Shown in pieces: positions 36,148-49,720 of a DNA stretch of 64,000 nucleotides; position 1 is the first letter of the stretch; every line of letters starts with the position of its first letter. Origin of the DNA: Octopus sinensis (lineage: Eukaryota); contig NC_043010.1 in assembly GCF_006345805.1 (NCBI RefSeq), forward strand, positions 11,904,001-11,968,000, read 5' to 3'. The notes under the pieces are model-generated. The model worked only from the letters and a program-made list of their open reading frames with translations, did not search any database and had not been told where the DNA came from. The position numbers and the translations under genes are program-made.

Positions 36148-36782
36148 CAGGAGATCAATGAAGAACTGGAATACAGAATTAACATATTATGTGGAGAATT
36201 TTGGCAATGGTCAATGTTAGAAGAGGAATATTTCAGTGAGATAGTCTGTCACCTTGTGCCTAACATTAGAAATAATTTTTTTTAGAAACAACAGGCCAAA
36301 ATCCAAGGTCCCCCAAAAATTGGTGATGGCCAGTATTATGAAAATAAAAAGGGATTATACAATGAAGTTCCTGAGTTTGAATAAATTGATATTTCATGAG
36401 AAAGAAGAGGAATCTATAACACTTTGAGAGTTTATACTCTTCCTGTGGTGTAGCTAAATAGTTAAAATGTGTACTACCCAGGGTGACCTTTGGTGTTTTC
36501 CCCATCCCACCCCCACTTTCTCAGGCCACAAAGCCTGTATGGGCTCAAAAGTATTACATCCATAAAAACATCACCCAGGGTGAATTGCTTCCCATTTTGC
36601 ATCACCACTAGCTGTGCTGCTGTCCTCTTCATCTAAACAAGAATAACTTAGCCTTTTAGTTCAAAAGAATCCCTATTTCAGATGAAAGGATGGTTCCACA
36701 GTATCCAATTCCTCTTTTTTCCTGGCATCTGAAGTTACCCAAATTCACAAACTTCCTTATATTTACCAATGATAACTTACCT

Positions 36783-37018
36783 ATTTCTTTATTACCCACA
36801 AGGGGCTAAACATAGAGGGGACAAACAAGGACAGACATAGGTATTAAGTCGATTACATCGACCCCAGTGCGTAACTGGTACTTAATCTATTGACCCCGAA
36901 AGGATGAAAGGTAAAGTCGACCTCGGCGGAATTTGAACTCACAACGTAACGGCAGACGAAATACAGCTAAGCATTTCACCTGACGTGCTAACGTTTCTGC
37001 CAGCTCTCTGCCTTTATA
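36783..37018 (-). mobile_element. SINE family E inserted at the protocadherin splice donor
   Basis: Full monomer; 18-bp TSD ACCAAT(G/A)ATAACTTACCT at 36765-36782 and 37019-37036. Confidence 0.9.
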
Positions 37019-37034
37019 ACCAATAATAACTTAC

Positions 37035-39410
37035 CTGTGTTGGTACCGGATGTCTTCGAGTAAGAGTGGCTATCGTCCAGTCACTAGGTAATTCAACCAC
37101 TGAGTAAAACGGTGCTGCTGCTGTATTATTTTCATTGGTACTTTCTTCTGGGACTCTTAGTAATGTTGTAGGGCTAGTAGCTTGATATATTAAATGCTTT
37201 GCATCAGGGTTAGTCTCATTCAACTGGTTCAGTCTTTGATCTCGAACCCTATTTGAGACATTTATATATCGAACTATACACACTGTAGCAGACACTACGA
37301 GAATTATTGAGAATATTACAGCTACAACTATTATTATTATTGATAAGTTTACATCAGATACTTTTTTGGACTGAGCCTGAACATTTGTCATTAATAAGGA
37401 GCTGTTACTGACACTCAATGTCAAGGATAAAGTAGTCATTGCCGACAGAGATGGTATGCCGCTGTCATTTACTGCTACAACAAGTCTGTATGTTGCTGCA
37501 TCATTTGGATAAACTTTACGTGAGAAGAGCAATACTCCAGAGTAAGGTTTCACCATGAACAACTGCTGTTCATTTCCTTCGAGTATTTGGTAATGAAGGA
37601 AAGCATTGCTTCCACTGTCTTTATCAGAAGCCTTTAGAACTGTGATTTCATTATCACTTTGCGGATGGTAGTGAACATCGAAGCTGAAAGGGTTCACTGT
37701 GGGAAAGTTAAAATACGGGGCATTATCATTTTTGTCCATTACTTCAACAATAACATCTACCGTGTCATTCAGTGGTGGGGTACCATTGTCTTTGGCAAGT
37801 ACATAGAATTGATAATGTTTTTGTTTTTCATAATCCAATAACTTTGTTGTTGTAATGAACCCAGCATTATTAATCTGAAACACTGGATCCTGTTTATTCT
37901 TACTCAGAATAGAGAACTCCAGTTGACCCCCAGGTCCCACATCTAAGTCAGTGGCAGTGACAAAGCCAACAGGATAGTTAGCTTTTTCGTTCTCATACAC
38001 CAGGAATTTATAAGCTTTTTTACTGAATTGTGGTCGGACATCATTAATGTCTTTTACTTGGATAAAGAAATGATTTTTTACCATCACCGAAAATAGGCCT
38101 TTATCCCGGCAGAAAACATCGATTTTATAATGATCAGTTGTCTCTCTATCAACAGGCTGTTTAATCACAATTTTATACTCTTTGGGGTTTAATTTTCTAA
38201 GTTCAAAATGGTTATGTTTCAGATGGCATTCAACATCTCCATTCTGTCCATCATCTTTATCAACAACTATAACATAAGCAATGAAACTTCCTACAGGAAT
38301 CCCTTCAGAAATGGTAACTGTATTCTTTATAAAGCTAGGAGCAAAACTAATGAGTATTTTTGGTGGAGTGTTGTATTGGTTCATAAACTTTACATTGACA
38401 ATAGCACTAGAAACTAATGGAATTTCTCCATTATCTTCGGCTGCAATAATCAATTTATAGTGTTCTTTTTTCTCTGAAGTGAAATTTTCATTCAGAAAAA
38501 TATCTCCTGTTTCATGATTAATTTTAAATAACTTTACATCAGGCTTCAACTTGTAAGTAATTTTGCCATTCCTTCCGGCATCTTTATCCGTTGCATGCAA
38601 TGTTATAATGGGCAATGAGGGCTTATGGGTATTTTTTACAGAAACATTATAGATTCCTTTTGAGAAATATGGCCAGTTGTCATTGACATCAATTACTGAT
38701 ATTTTAACGATTAAAACAGATTTCTTGGGTGGTGTACCACCATCGGTTGCTACAACTTCCAGCGTGTAAGATTCTTGAGTTTCTCTATCTAGTTCCCCTT
38801 CCAAGACAATTTCTATTATGTCAGCACCAACTTCCCTCTTTTGCACGAAGAGACCAAAATGAAGATCAGATTGTTTTCTTAATGTATATGTCAGTTGATT
38901 ATTTGGGCTTTCAATATCTCCGTCTATTGCATTAGGAATTGCTATTTTTCTTCCCTTTCCATCAGTCTCGGTAAAATTTAGATTCGTTTCATTACTTGGA
39001 AATGTTGGCTGATGATCATTAACATCTTTAATTAATACTTTAATCTTTAAGATTTTCTTAAATGATTCCCCTTGCTGAACTGCTACATTTAACAGTTGAA
39101 AACATTCTGTATTCTTGCTACAGAGATTCTCAGCATCAAGAGATGCAGTGGTATAGAGTTTCCCTGCTCTGGTTATATTGAATAGCGATGGAGTATCTAC
39201 CATAGTCTGTTGTAACTGGTTGAATGCAATTGAACCTAGGTTTTCAGTATCAAGTTCATTGGCAATATTAGAATCTGCTGCAATATCTCCAACGTAACTC
39301 GCAGAAGGTTTTTCTTCTTCAATGCTGTATGTAAGATCTATAGTTGCAGAACAACACCAAATAAATATCAAGAATATCTCAAAGGCAAACAACCAGATTT
39401 TACTAGACAT
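37035..39410 (-). CDS. Protocadherin, large exon: signal peptide, six cadherin repeats, TM, proximal cytoplasmic tail (792 codons)
   Basis: Intact ORF. The ORF-track start at 39428 is TTG; the first ATG is 39410 (MSSKIWLFAFEIFLIFIWCCSA). EC1 has a C-X5-C motif; linkers DVNDHQP, DVNDNWP, DINDVRP, DKNDNAP; TM LSIIIIVVAVIFSIILVVSATVCIV; donor CAG|GTAAGT at 37035/37034. No orthology-level symbol assigned. Confidence 0.95.
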
Positions 39411-39429
39411 AACTATTGGAATTACCAAA

Positions 39430-39462
39430 GTTTACCTGAAACAAAAGAGAAAAAAATAATTT
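39430..39462 (-). promoter_or_regulatory. Splice acceptor of the large protocadherin exon (implies an upstream non-coding exon)
   Basis: Minus strand TTTTTTCTCTTTTGTTTCAG|GTAAAC, 25 nt upstream of the ATG. Confidence 0.75.
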
Positions 39463-39833
39463 TATAACATAGGTAATAATAATAAGAAAATTATTGCTTT
39501 TGAAACAACAAATTGGGTGGCACTTCTCATATAAATAATTATACTTTCAAACTGGCATACAACAAGTTTGCAATGTGGCATAAAGTCATTTGACTCTGGA
39601 AATGGTAGAAGAAAAAGAAAAAAAATTCCTGTACAGATTCAAACTCAAGATATAAAAAGGAGTGAAAAAAATGAGTGAACATAACACCACAAGGCATTTT
39701 GTCCAGCAGACAAACAATTCTATCATTTGCTATCCTTCTCTTGCAAGTAAAAAAGTCAAAAGTCTGACAGTGCTATACAAGTTGTGTTTTATTATGAAGA
39801 AGTATTATTTTGAACAGGTCGTGGTCTCAAAGT

Positions 39834-39993
39834 GACGAAAATATTTTGACAAATTAAATTTAAATGTTGAAGTGAATCTAACGGTTTTTGTGTTTTTCTT
39901 AAATGGCTTATAAACACCTTCCACGCTGCAATTGTTTTTGTTCCAACACAAGATCTCAGATCAAGTCACTCGCTATGCAAGTACATCTCCGTA
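39834..39993. repeat. Dispersed repeat H
   Basis: Similar to 1883-2044. Confidence 0.8.
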
Positions 39994-40042
39994 ATAAAAA
40001 AGAAATTTATGGAATTGGAGAAAACGCTGTACCATATATATT

Positions 40043-40343
40043 GACACTCCATTGGTTATGACCATGAGGATTCCGGTTGATCCAATCAACTGAACAGTCT
40101 GCTTATGAAATTAACATGCAAACGCCGGCTGAGCATTCCACAATGTACACCCTTAACATAAGTTCTCAGGGTGTTTTAGCATGACACAGAATGTGACATG
40201 GTTAGCCTTTTGAAAAAAGGTATTACTCACATTTACTAGTTGAGTGAACTGGAGCAACATAAAATAAAGTGTCTTGCTCAAGGACAAAACACACCACCAG
40301 GAATCGAACTCATGACCTTATGACCATGAGCTGAATACCCTAA
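40043..40343 (-). mobile_element. Older SINE J (A-type tail), head interrupted by SINE E
   Basis: Reverse complement resembles 12510-12830. Confidence 0.7.
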
Positions 40344-40579
40344 CCTATTTCTTTACTACCCACAAGGGGCTAAACACAGAGGGGACAAACAAGGACAAAC
40401 AAATGGATCAAGTCAATTATATCGATCCCAGTGCATAACTGGTACTTAATTTATCAACCCCCCAAAAGGATGAAAGGCAAAGTTGACCTCGGCGAAATTT
40501 GAACTCATAATGTAACGGCAGACAAAAATACGGCTACGCATTTTGCCTGGCATGCTAACGTTTCTGCCAGCTCACCGCC
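40344..40579 (-). mobile_element. SINE family E, monomer
   Basis: 12-bp TSD TGAATACCCTAA at 40332-40343 and 40581-40592. Confidence 0.9.
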
Positions 40580-40734
40580 TTGAATACCCTAATCATTAAG
40601 GCACATGCATTAAGCACTTGACTGAAATAAGTACGAGAGGTTGATGAGATCAGCTGAAACCTTTTGAAGCCAGTGCTCCAGTATGACCACAATCTGCTGT
40701 CTGAAAGCAATAAAAGAACATGTATAGTGGAGTT

Positions 40735-41145
40735 TACTCTTTACTCTTTTACTTGTTTCAGTCATTTGACCGTGGCCATGCTGGAGCACCGCCTTTAGTC
40801 GAGCAAATCGACCCCGGGACTTATTCTTTGTAAGCCCAGTACTTATTCTATCGGTCTCTTTTGCCGAATAGCTAAGTGACGGGGACGTAAACACCCCAGC
40901 ATTGGTTGTCAAGCAATGCTAGGGGGACAAACACAGACACACAAACACACACACACACATACATATATATATACATATATACGACAGGCTTCTTTCAGTT
41001 TCCGTCTACCAAATCCACTCACAAGGCATTGGTCGGCCCGGGGCTATAGCAGAAGACACTTGCCCAAGGTGCCACGCAGTGGGACTGAACCCGGAACCAT
41101 GTGGCTGGTTAGCAAGCTACTTACCACACAGCCACTCCTGCGCCT
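40735..41145 (-). mobile_element. SINE family B, full length
   Basis: Matches consensus. Confidence 0.9.
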
Positions 41146-41439
41146 CTGTTATTAATCTCAATAATTCTCCATAAATTATGGAAAACAAATATATTGTGTC
41201 AATGGCATATGATTGGATTAATTTAAATATTATTTTGAAATGGTATAAAAAGAAGAAGACGAGTAAGAAGATTAAGGATATTAACAGAACTAAAGAGGTT
41301 TCAGAATAATGGTGAAGCAGCTTTGAATTTATACTGCGTCAGTGATTTTATTCTACAGTAGAATTAAAGAAAATTTTCTTTCAACAATGAAGTCATTACA
41401 TGCTTTCTATACAGAGATATCCAAAGTTCCAGTCACAAT

Positions 41440-41807
41440 TTTGCATACACACACACATACACACACACGTGCATGTGTGTGTGTGTATGTGTGTGTGTGG
41501 ATAAATATACATACAAACATACATGCAAACATACATACATATATATACACTGATATCACGCACAATCATATTCTGTTAAACCACACACACACCACACATG
41601 CATGCACACACATGAACGCACACACACATACACACGTACACACGCACATACACACATACACACACACAGAGGTAGATTAACACTATATTTTCTCTTTATT
41701 CCTTATGAGGATTCTGAGAGATTATAACCAATATGTCTTTATATATATATGTGTGTATATATATATATAAAAATATATATATATATATATATATATATGT
41801 GTATGTA

Positions 41808-41866
<59 letters not shown>

Positions 41867-41941
41867 GTGTGTGTGTGTGTATATATATGTATATATATAT
41901 GTGTGTGTATAATATATATTTGTGTATATATATTATTATAT

Positions 41942-41985
<44 letters not shown>

Positions 41986-42213
41986 CACACATACATATAT
42001 ATGTATGTATGTATGTACGTATGTATGTATATTTGTATGTATGTATGTATGTATGTATGTTTGTATGTATGTATGTATGTATGTATATTTCATTGTTATA
42101 ATTCATTGACAAAAGCAAGAGACGTAAGTGTTGGATGATAATTGGAAAGAATATGAAGGAGAAAGAATTGGCTGCATCAAAAAATTACTCGGTGCTATCT
42201 AAATAATTATATG

Positions 42214-42255
<42 letters not shown>

Positions 42256-43133
42256 ATTGTATGTTGATAGAGAGGATTATATCTTCATATATATATGTAG
42301 AGAGAGAGAGAGAGAGAGAGATAGAGAATCACATAGAGCGGTACACATAGATAGATAGATGTATTCATACAACATACTTTGTGTGTGGGTGGGTGTATTT
42401 TTATATATATATATATATATATATTATACATGTATATATTATATATTACTATATTATATATTATACATATATAATATAATATAATATATAATATATATAT
42501 ATATATAAAACACATATATATATATAAATATATAGAATAGATAGGTAGATAGATAGACAGATATACAAACATATATATAACACAAATATATAGATATTTA
42601 TGTATATATGTTATATATATATATGAGAGAGAGAGAGTAGAAGAGAGAGAGAGAGGACAGGAGAGAGAGAGAGGAGAGAGAAAGAAACAGAGAAAAGATA
42701 GATAGATATATGTATTTATATATATTATATATATTTTTTTTTTTTTTTTTTTGTAGTCAGTCATGACTAGTGGAGCTGGAGCACCGCCTTTAGAGTGGTG
42801 AAAGAGTAGCCATCACCACCTATGCCGGAGCTGTGAGAGTTTAGGTGTTTTCAATATAAACACACACAATCTGGGAATCGAAACCGCGATCTCTAAGTCC
42901 GCTGTAACCACGGGCCATTGCGCTCCATATCATATATATATATATATAGATATACAAATATATAGATAATAAATCTCTATATGTGCATGTTTAAATATAC
43001 ATAAATACACATGTGTATGATATATAGATAGATAGACAAACAGATAGATACATAGACTGATAGATAAATATAGATGTTCACATGCTATTGCATGCTCGTA
43101 AACAAGATTATTTCCTCGTGTGCACACTGCACT

Positions 43134-43171
<38 letters not shown>

Positions 43172-43491
43172 TGCACACATGCAATTTCATGCACATATGT
43201 ACATGTACGTAAAGTACATCTCGAGTAAATATTTGAGCAACTGTATATATTTTATTTAATGTACATAGTCAGTTTTGTTTTTGAGCGTCTTTGCATCCTG
43301 GTCATCTTTATATTTCAATATATTATCTCCTTAAATTTAAATTTATTTTCATATTTACTGAGCCCACTGCTCAAATGATTTACACAAAAAAAAAAAATAT
43401 CTTCATTATGCTCGTGAGATATTTATCGCGATAATTAAAATATACAATAGTAAAACATACATTATACAAAATATATATACATACTTTATTA

Positions 43492-43525
<34 letters not shown>

Positions 43526-44607
43526 TATGTATATATATGTGTATATATATACTTACACACACACATATATATATGCATATATATAATATATATGTATTTA
43601 TGTACATAACACATGTATGTATATATTATTTACTTATTTACGTGTGTTTTGTTTATATATATATAAATATATATACATTTATATTTATATAACATTTATA
43701 AATATATTTATCTATATACACATATATATGTGTATGTGAGTATATATATATATTTGTATAATGTATATAGTATGCATACGTGGTATACATATATATTTAG
43801 GTATATACATACATACACACACACACATATATATTTATATTTTATATACATATGTATGTGTTTTTATATATATATAGATATATATATATATATTATATAT
43901 ATAATATATATATATATATATTGTATATATATTTACACTCACACATATGTGAATGTGTATGCTTGTGTGCGTATGTAATTTAGTGCCGCGCATGTGTGTG
44001 TATGTGTGTATGTGTGTGTGTGTGTGTGTGCGTGTGTATTTATGTCAAAACTAATAAAACTGAAGCAATGAGCGGCTATACTAATTACAACAAAGACAAT
44101 CCTTATTGAAGTAAAATCTACAGAGATAATGGCAGGAAAGAAACAGGAATCTCTCCAAATCTGAAGACAAATTAACAAGACAAAATATTCGAAACATAAT
44201 TATAGAAAAATAGTGGAGCAGAGAAATGGTGTGAGTGGGTAGGGAGGGTGGGGACAAATAAAGACAGAGAAATTAGAAAAGTTCTGCGAAAGCAATAGAG
44301 AAACTAAGACAGGTGATATGAACTGGAATAAATCTTTTAAGTTTCCAAAACAAAACATCAATAGATATATATATTTTCCATATGATTGTAGTATTTTGGG
44401 GTCTTTTTGTTTTTGTTTTTTTTTTGTTTTTTTGGTGGAGGTGGATTTTTTTGCATCATTACCATCATCATCATCACCATCATCACCATCATCATCATCA
44501 GCATCACCATCATCATTATCACTATCATCAAATGTACTTGATTCTGAAAACTCAGTCAGCATCATTGCTTCCACCACCACCACCACCACCACCACCACCA
44601 CCACCAT

Positions 44608-44674
<67 letters not shown>

Positions 44675-44986
44675 AACGACAACAACAACAACCTAATAAA
44701 ACTTATCGTTGTTATCCTCCTTATGATTATCAGGGGCCACAACTATCATCTTTACTTTTGTCATCATCATCATCATCATAATCATCCCATCACCACCACC
44801 ACCACCACCACCAGCACCACCACCAACAACAACAACACTACCACCAACGGCACCATCACCACCACTGCTACCACCACTACTACAATCCGCATCAAGTTCA
44901 TCCTTCTCCTCTCTCAATTCCTCTTCATCCTTCTCTTCCCCCTGCTCTTCCACCTCCTCTTCCCCATCATCATCATCACCATCATC

Positions 44987-45035
<49 letters not shown>

Positions 45036-45872
45036 AAAGAACTCTGTGACTATTACTTTTGTAAACGACGCTTTGTATAAGAAATATGTTTTTGTTTTTT
45101 TTCTCTTTTTATCCGTTCTAGTCAGAAGATAATAAGATAGATAAATTAAAGTGACAGCAATCGTAGTAAGAGAAATCACATTTTGAAATGACAAAAGAAC
45201 AAACAAAAAAAATATATCAAAAAGAGAAGAAAAGGCATTAAAAAGCATTCGGGGGGGGGGAAGTTAACAAGGTATATATATAGACATTTTAGATATGATC
45301 TAGGAACAACCAGAAATAATGAACGGCATCCCCTTTTTTTATTTTGTCTTCCTCTTCCTTCTCCTCTCTACTTTCTTCTCCTCCAACATTCCGTCATCGT
45401 CATTCATCTTTCTATACCAACAAAGAGGTTTCCGCGTAGCTCCTTGACATGCAGAAATTTTTGCGGTCAAATTTTCTTGAGATTCGAACATATTGTTGCG
45501 AAAATTCCTGAATATGCAGAAGGTTTTTGCAGGAATGGTTATATGGTTAGGAAGCTCACCTTTGCAACCTCCTGGTTTTTGGGTTTTGTCATGCTGTACA
45601 GTACCTCGGGGCAAGTGTCTTCTATTGTAGTCCCTGACTGACCAATGCCATGTGAGTGGAGATAGCAGATGGAAACTGGAAGCCTTTTGCTTATACATAT
45701 ATGTATGTGTGTGTGTGTGTGTGTATACATACATACATAAATATACATATATATATACATACATATATTTATACCGATACCTATATATATAAAGAGAGAG
45801 AGAAAGAGAGAGAGAGAGGTGGATGGATGGATGGATGGATGGATGGATAGATAGATAGACAGATAGACAGAC

Positions 45873-45903
<31 letters not shown>

Positions 45904-45920
45904 TAGATAGAATGATAGAC

Positions 45921-45987
<67 letters not shown>

Positions 45988-45996
45988 ATGATAGAC

Positions 45997-46027
<31 letters not shown>

Positions 46028-46060
46028 ATGATAGACAGACAGATAGATAGAATGATAGAC

Positions 46061-46095
<35 letters not shown>

Positions 46096-46104
46096 ATGAT
46101 AGAC

Positions 46105-46143
<39 letters not shown>

Positions 46144-46185
46144 ATGATAGACAGATAGAATGATAGACAGATAGATAGATAGATT

Positions 46186-46243
<58 letters not shown>

Positions 46244-46250
46244 CAGACAG
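41440..46250. repeat. Microsatellite-dominated block: (TA)n, (CA)n, (TATG)n, (GA)n, trinucleotide mosaic at 44450-45035, (GATA)n with GATAGAAT interruptions at 45850-46250
   Basis: Directly visible. Confidence 0.9.
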
Positions 46251-46570
46251 CTATGCAAAATGACTGAAACTGTTTTTACTGCAAGCTTTATATCAGAGTG
46301 TCTTTCTCCTAGGTGAGCAACATTTTCCAAAGCTTTGCCATTCTTTATGTGAGTTCATGTGTTGCAGTACATTTGGTTGCATCTAGGGAGAGTCATTTTC
46401 TTATTGTGCATTATTATTTAACACATTCACTTGTTCAGTTTCCACTTATTTACTTCTTTATTTTTTTCTAAAGAAGTAAATCAGTGAAAAGTGAACTGTG
46501 TGTGTGTTAAATAACAATGCATAAAATGACTCTCTCCAGATACAACAAAATACATATATATATATATATA

Positions 46571-46773
46571 GTTAATCCAAACAAGAAGGCACAAAAAAAT
46601 ACAACAGCGCGAGGATGTGGAACAAATATAGTATTATTGGATGCTCAGGAAGGAAGGGAAGTTTTATGTTTCGAGCGGAGCTCTTCGTCGGAAATATAGG
46701 AGAAGGAAAGATCCAGAGAAGGGAAGACAGAGGAAAAAAAATCGCCCACGGTACACACACGGTCACATTTTGA
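46571..46773 (-). mobile_element. Microsatellite-embedded element G2 with hammerhead-like motif (46662-46694)
   Basis: Minus strand TTT-CCGACGA-A-GAGC-TCC-GCTC-GAAAC-ATA-AAA; paralog at 48254. Confidence 0.75.
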
Positions 46774-46802
46774 TACATATATATGTGTATATATATATAT
46801 AT

Positions 46803-46849
<47 letters not shown>

Positions 46850-47232
46850 ATATATATATATATGTATATATATAAATTCAAAGCAAAATATGGAACAAGA
46901 ACATAAAGGGCGACAACAAAACATTCAGGCTGTAGGTAATACAAAAAATGACAGGAAAAAACAAGGACAGGACATTCAGGACATCCAACCTAACATAGCA
47001 CCATATACTTGATGCTTAAATACATGCACATAGATCATATGAGATATGTTCCAGTCGCCTTAACAAATTATTCTCCCCCGCTGCAATTAGTGTTGAGGTT
47101 TTATGCACCAGAGACCCTGTGTGAGATGTTCCCTCTGGGCTAATAACACAGTATTTCATGTTCTAACACGGCACCCACTTTAAGTTTGTTATAGAGGTTG
47201 CTTTTTAGTATTAGTACTTCTGTCATGAATAA

Positions 47233-47300
<68 letters not shown>

Positions 47301-47660
47301 TGTGTGTATGTATGTATGTATGTATGTGTGTGTGTATATTTGTATGTATGTGTAAACTCATAATCTGTGTTTGTTCAATCTTACATTTATCCTCAAATTT
47401 AAAAAAAAAATGTTCAATGCAATTAGAATTGTGTTCTGTTAGTAAATTGATGTTTACGAAAAGTAGTAATATATACACGCATTCATTTAGTGGTTAGAAC
47501 AGATGTATGCAATATCTTTAAATTCAAATCAATTATGAAGGTTGTTTATTAAATATCAAAATTAGATTATTTAAACTATGTTGACAGATGATAAAATTCT
47601 GTCTCTCCCATGCTTTCTCCTTCCCTTTCACTCTCTCTCTTTCTCTCTTTCACTCTCACC

Positions 47661-47698
<38 letters not shown>

Positions 47699-47819
47699 CT
47701 CTATCTATCTATTTATCTGTCTAGCTATCTATCCCCAATCTTAGAAGGTATCAAGCAAGTATTTTAGTGAATAGTGGTTGCTTTAGTTTATATCAGAGAA
47801 TTTTTTCTTTCTTTCTTTC

Positions 47820-48016
47820 ACTGTATGTATATATGTGTGTATGTATGTATGCATGCTTGTATGTATGTATGTAAGTATGTGTATGTATTTATAACTGTGT
47901 ATGTATCTATGTGTTGGTATGTATGCATGTATGCTTGTATGAATGTGTATATGTATGTCAATATTCAGTTTTATGTAAGTCTTCTCATGCATATAGTTAC
48001 ATATCTAGACATGCTC

Positions 48017-48047
<31 letters not shown>

Positions 48048-48681
48048 TGTATGCATGCATGTATGTATGTATGCATGCATGTATGGATGTATGCATGCAT
48101 GCATGTATGTATGTATGTATGCATGCATGCATGTATGTATGTATGTATGTATGTATGTATGTATGTATGTATGTATGCATGCATGCATGCATGTATGTAT
48201 GTATGCATACATGTATGTATGTATGTATGCATGTATGTATGCATGTATGTAAAGTTAATCCAACATGAAAGCACAAAAAAACACAACAACGCGAGGACGT
48301 GGAACAAATATAGTATTATTGGACGCTCAGGAAAGAAGGAAACAAGGAGGGTTTAACCTTTTGAGCAGAGCTCTTCGTCGGAAACATAGGAGAAGGAAAG
48401 ATCCAGAGAAGGGAAGACAGAGGAAAAAAAAATCGCCAACGGTATACACGCGGTCACATTTTGAATGTATGTATGTATATAAGTATGTATGTATGTATGC
48501 ATGCATGTATGCATGCATGTATGTATGCATGTATGCATGTATGTATGCGTGTATGTATGTATGTGTGTATGTATGTATTTATGTATGTGTGTGTGTGTGT
48601 ATGTATGTATATGTATGTGTATGTGTGTATGCATGTATGTATGCATGCATGCATGCATGTGTGCGTGCGTGTGTATGTATG

Positions 48682-48714
<33 letters not shown>

Positions 48715-48730
48715 ATGTATGTATATGTGC
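47820..48730. repeat. (TATG)n/(CATG)n microsatellite field surrounding a G2 element
   Basis: Directly visible. Confidence 0.9.
48254..48464 (-). mobile_element. Element G2 copy with degenerate hammerhead-like motif (48351-48385)
   Basis: Minus strand GTTT-CCGACGA-A-GAGC-TCT-GCTC-AAAAG-GTT-AAAC. Confidence 0.75.
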
Positions 48731-49039
48731 AGATTTGCATGTTTTGTTTTATATATGTTTTCTCATGCATACAGTTGCATATCTAAACATGCTCATATAT
48801 ATTTAAATGATAAACTTTTGGAAAGTTTTACAGACTTTTACAGTTCCAGTGATGGATTGGATCTGTAGTCTTTGAATCAGATTTCTCCTTTCTGGGTTTT
48901 GATTGGTGACAGGGTGCACAGTAAAACCACCAAGAGTGAGTGACCCCTAGCTGTTGTTACAGCATCTTTCTAAGAAAGGGACTCTCAGATGTAAAACCTA
49001 TGCTTCCATATGATTACTGGTCATTTTGCTTCAACCTAT

Positions 49040-49205
49040 CATCATCATCATTTGACATCCTTTTTCAATGCTGGCATGGGTTGGATGGTTTAACAGAAAA
49101 CTGGTAAACTAGAGAGCTGGACCAGGTTTCAATCTGATTTGACCACAGCTTGATGCCCTTCCTAATGCCAACCACTCCAAGAATGTAGTGAATGCTTTTT
49201 ATGTG
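49040..49205 (-). mobile_element. SINE-like family D, old 3' part
   Basis: (CAT)n followed by ATGCTGGCATGGGTTGGATGG...GATGCCCTTCCTAATGCCAACCACTCC. Confidence 0.7.
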
Positions 49206-49549
49206 CCAAGAGTCAAAAAGTGGTATTTATGTTGCACAAATGTTTATCATTATAATCCAATGACATAGAGATGTTTCTCTGAGGTGATCTCATTTGTCAT
49301 TCCATGTACTGATAGTCATGTAGTGATGGAAGAATTGTGATATGTGCAGACCTAAGCAGTTGAAACCACACAGTAAGTTACTAATTTTGTGTGTCACCTA
49401 AGCTTCAAACCATGCAGGTTTGCAATGGAACAGAATAGCCATTTGAGGAGTCGTGAGCATAAAGTCAGAAAGGCTATTGACCATGAGGAAGCCCAAAGAA
49501 ATGACAACCATGTGTAGAACATGGAGCAATCACCATGTATGTATGTTTG

Positions 49550-49720
<171 letters not shown>

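Noticed and set aside
37014-37034. ORF-track C-terminus VSYYWL-stop and N-terminus MVIPIV of the 804-aa ORF
   Set aside because: The C-terminal residues are read-through of the GTAAGT donor into the intron, and the 39428 start is TTG; the first ATG is 39410.
44200-45049. 243-aa and 180-aa poly-S/T/N/H ORFs
   Set aside because: A mosaic of trinucleotide microsatellites with no domain content and no credible splice context.
45350-45530. Non-repetitive CpG-containing stretch with short ORFs on both strands
   Set aside because: No recognisable domain or consistent splice pair, and it lies in the block of doubtful accuracy.
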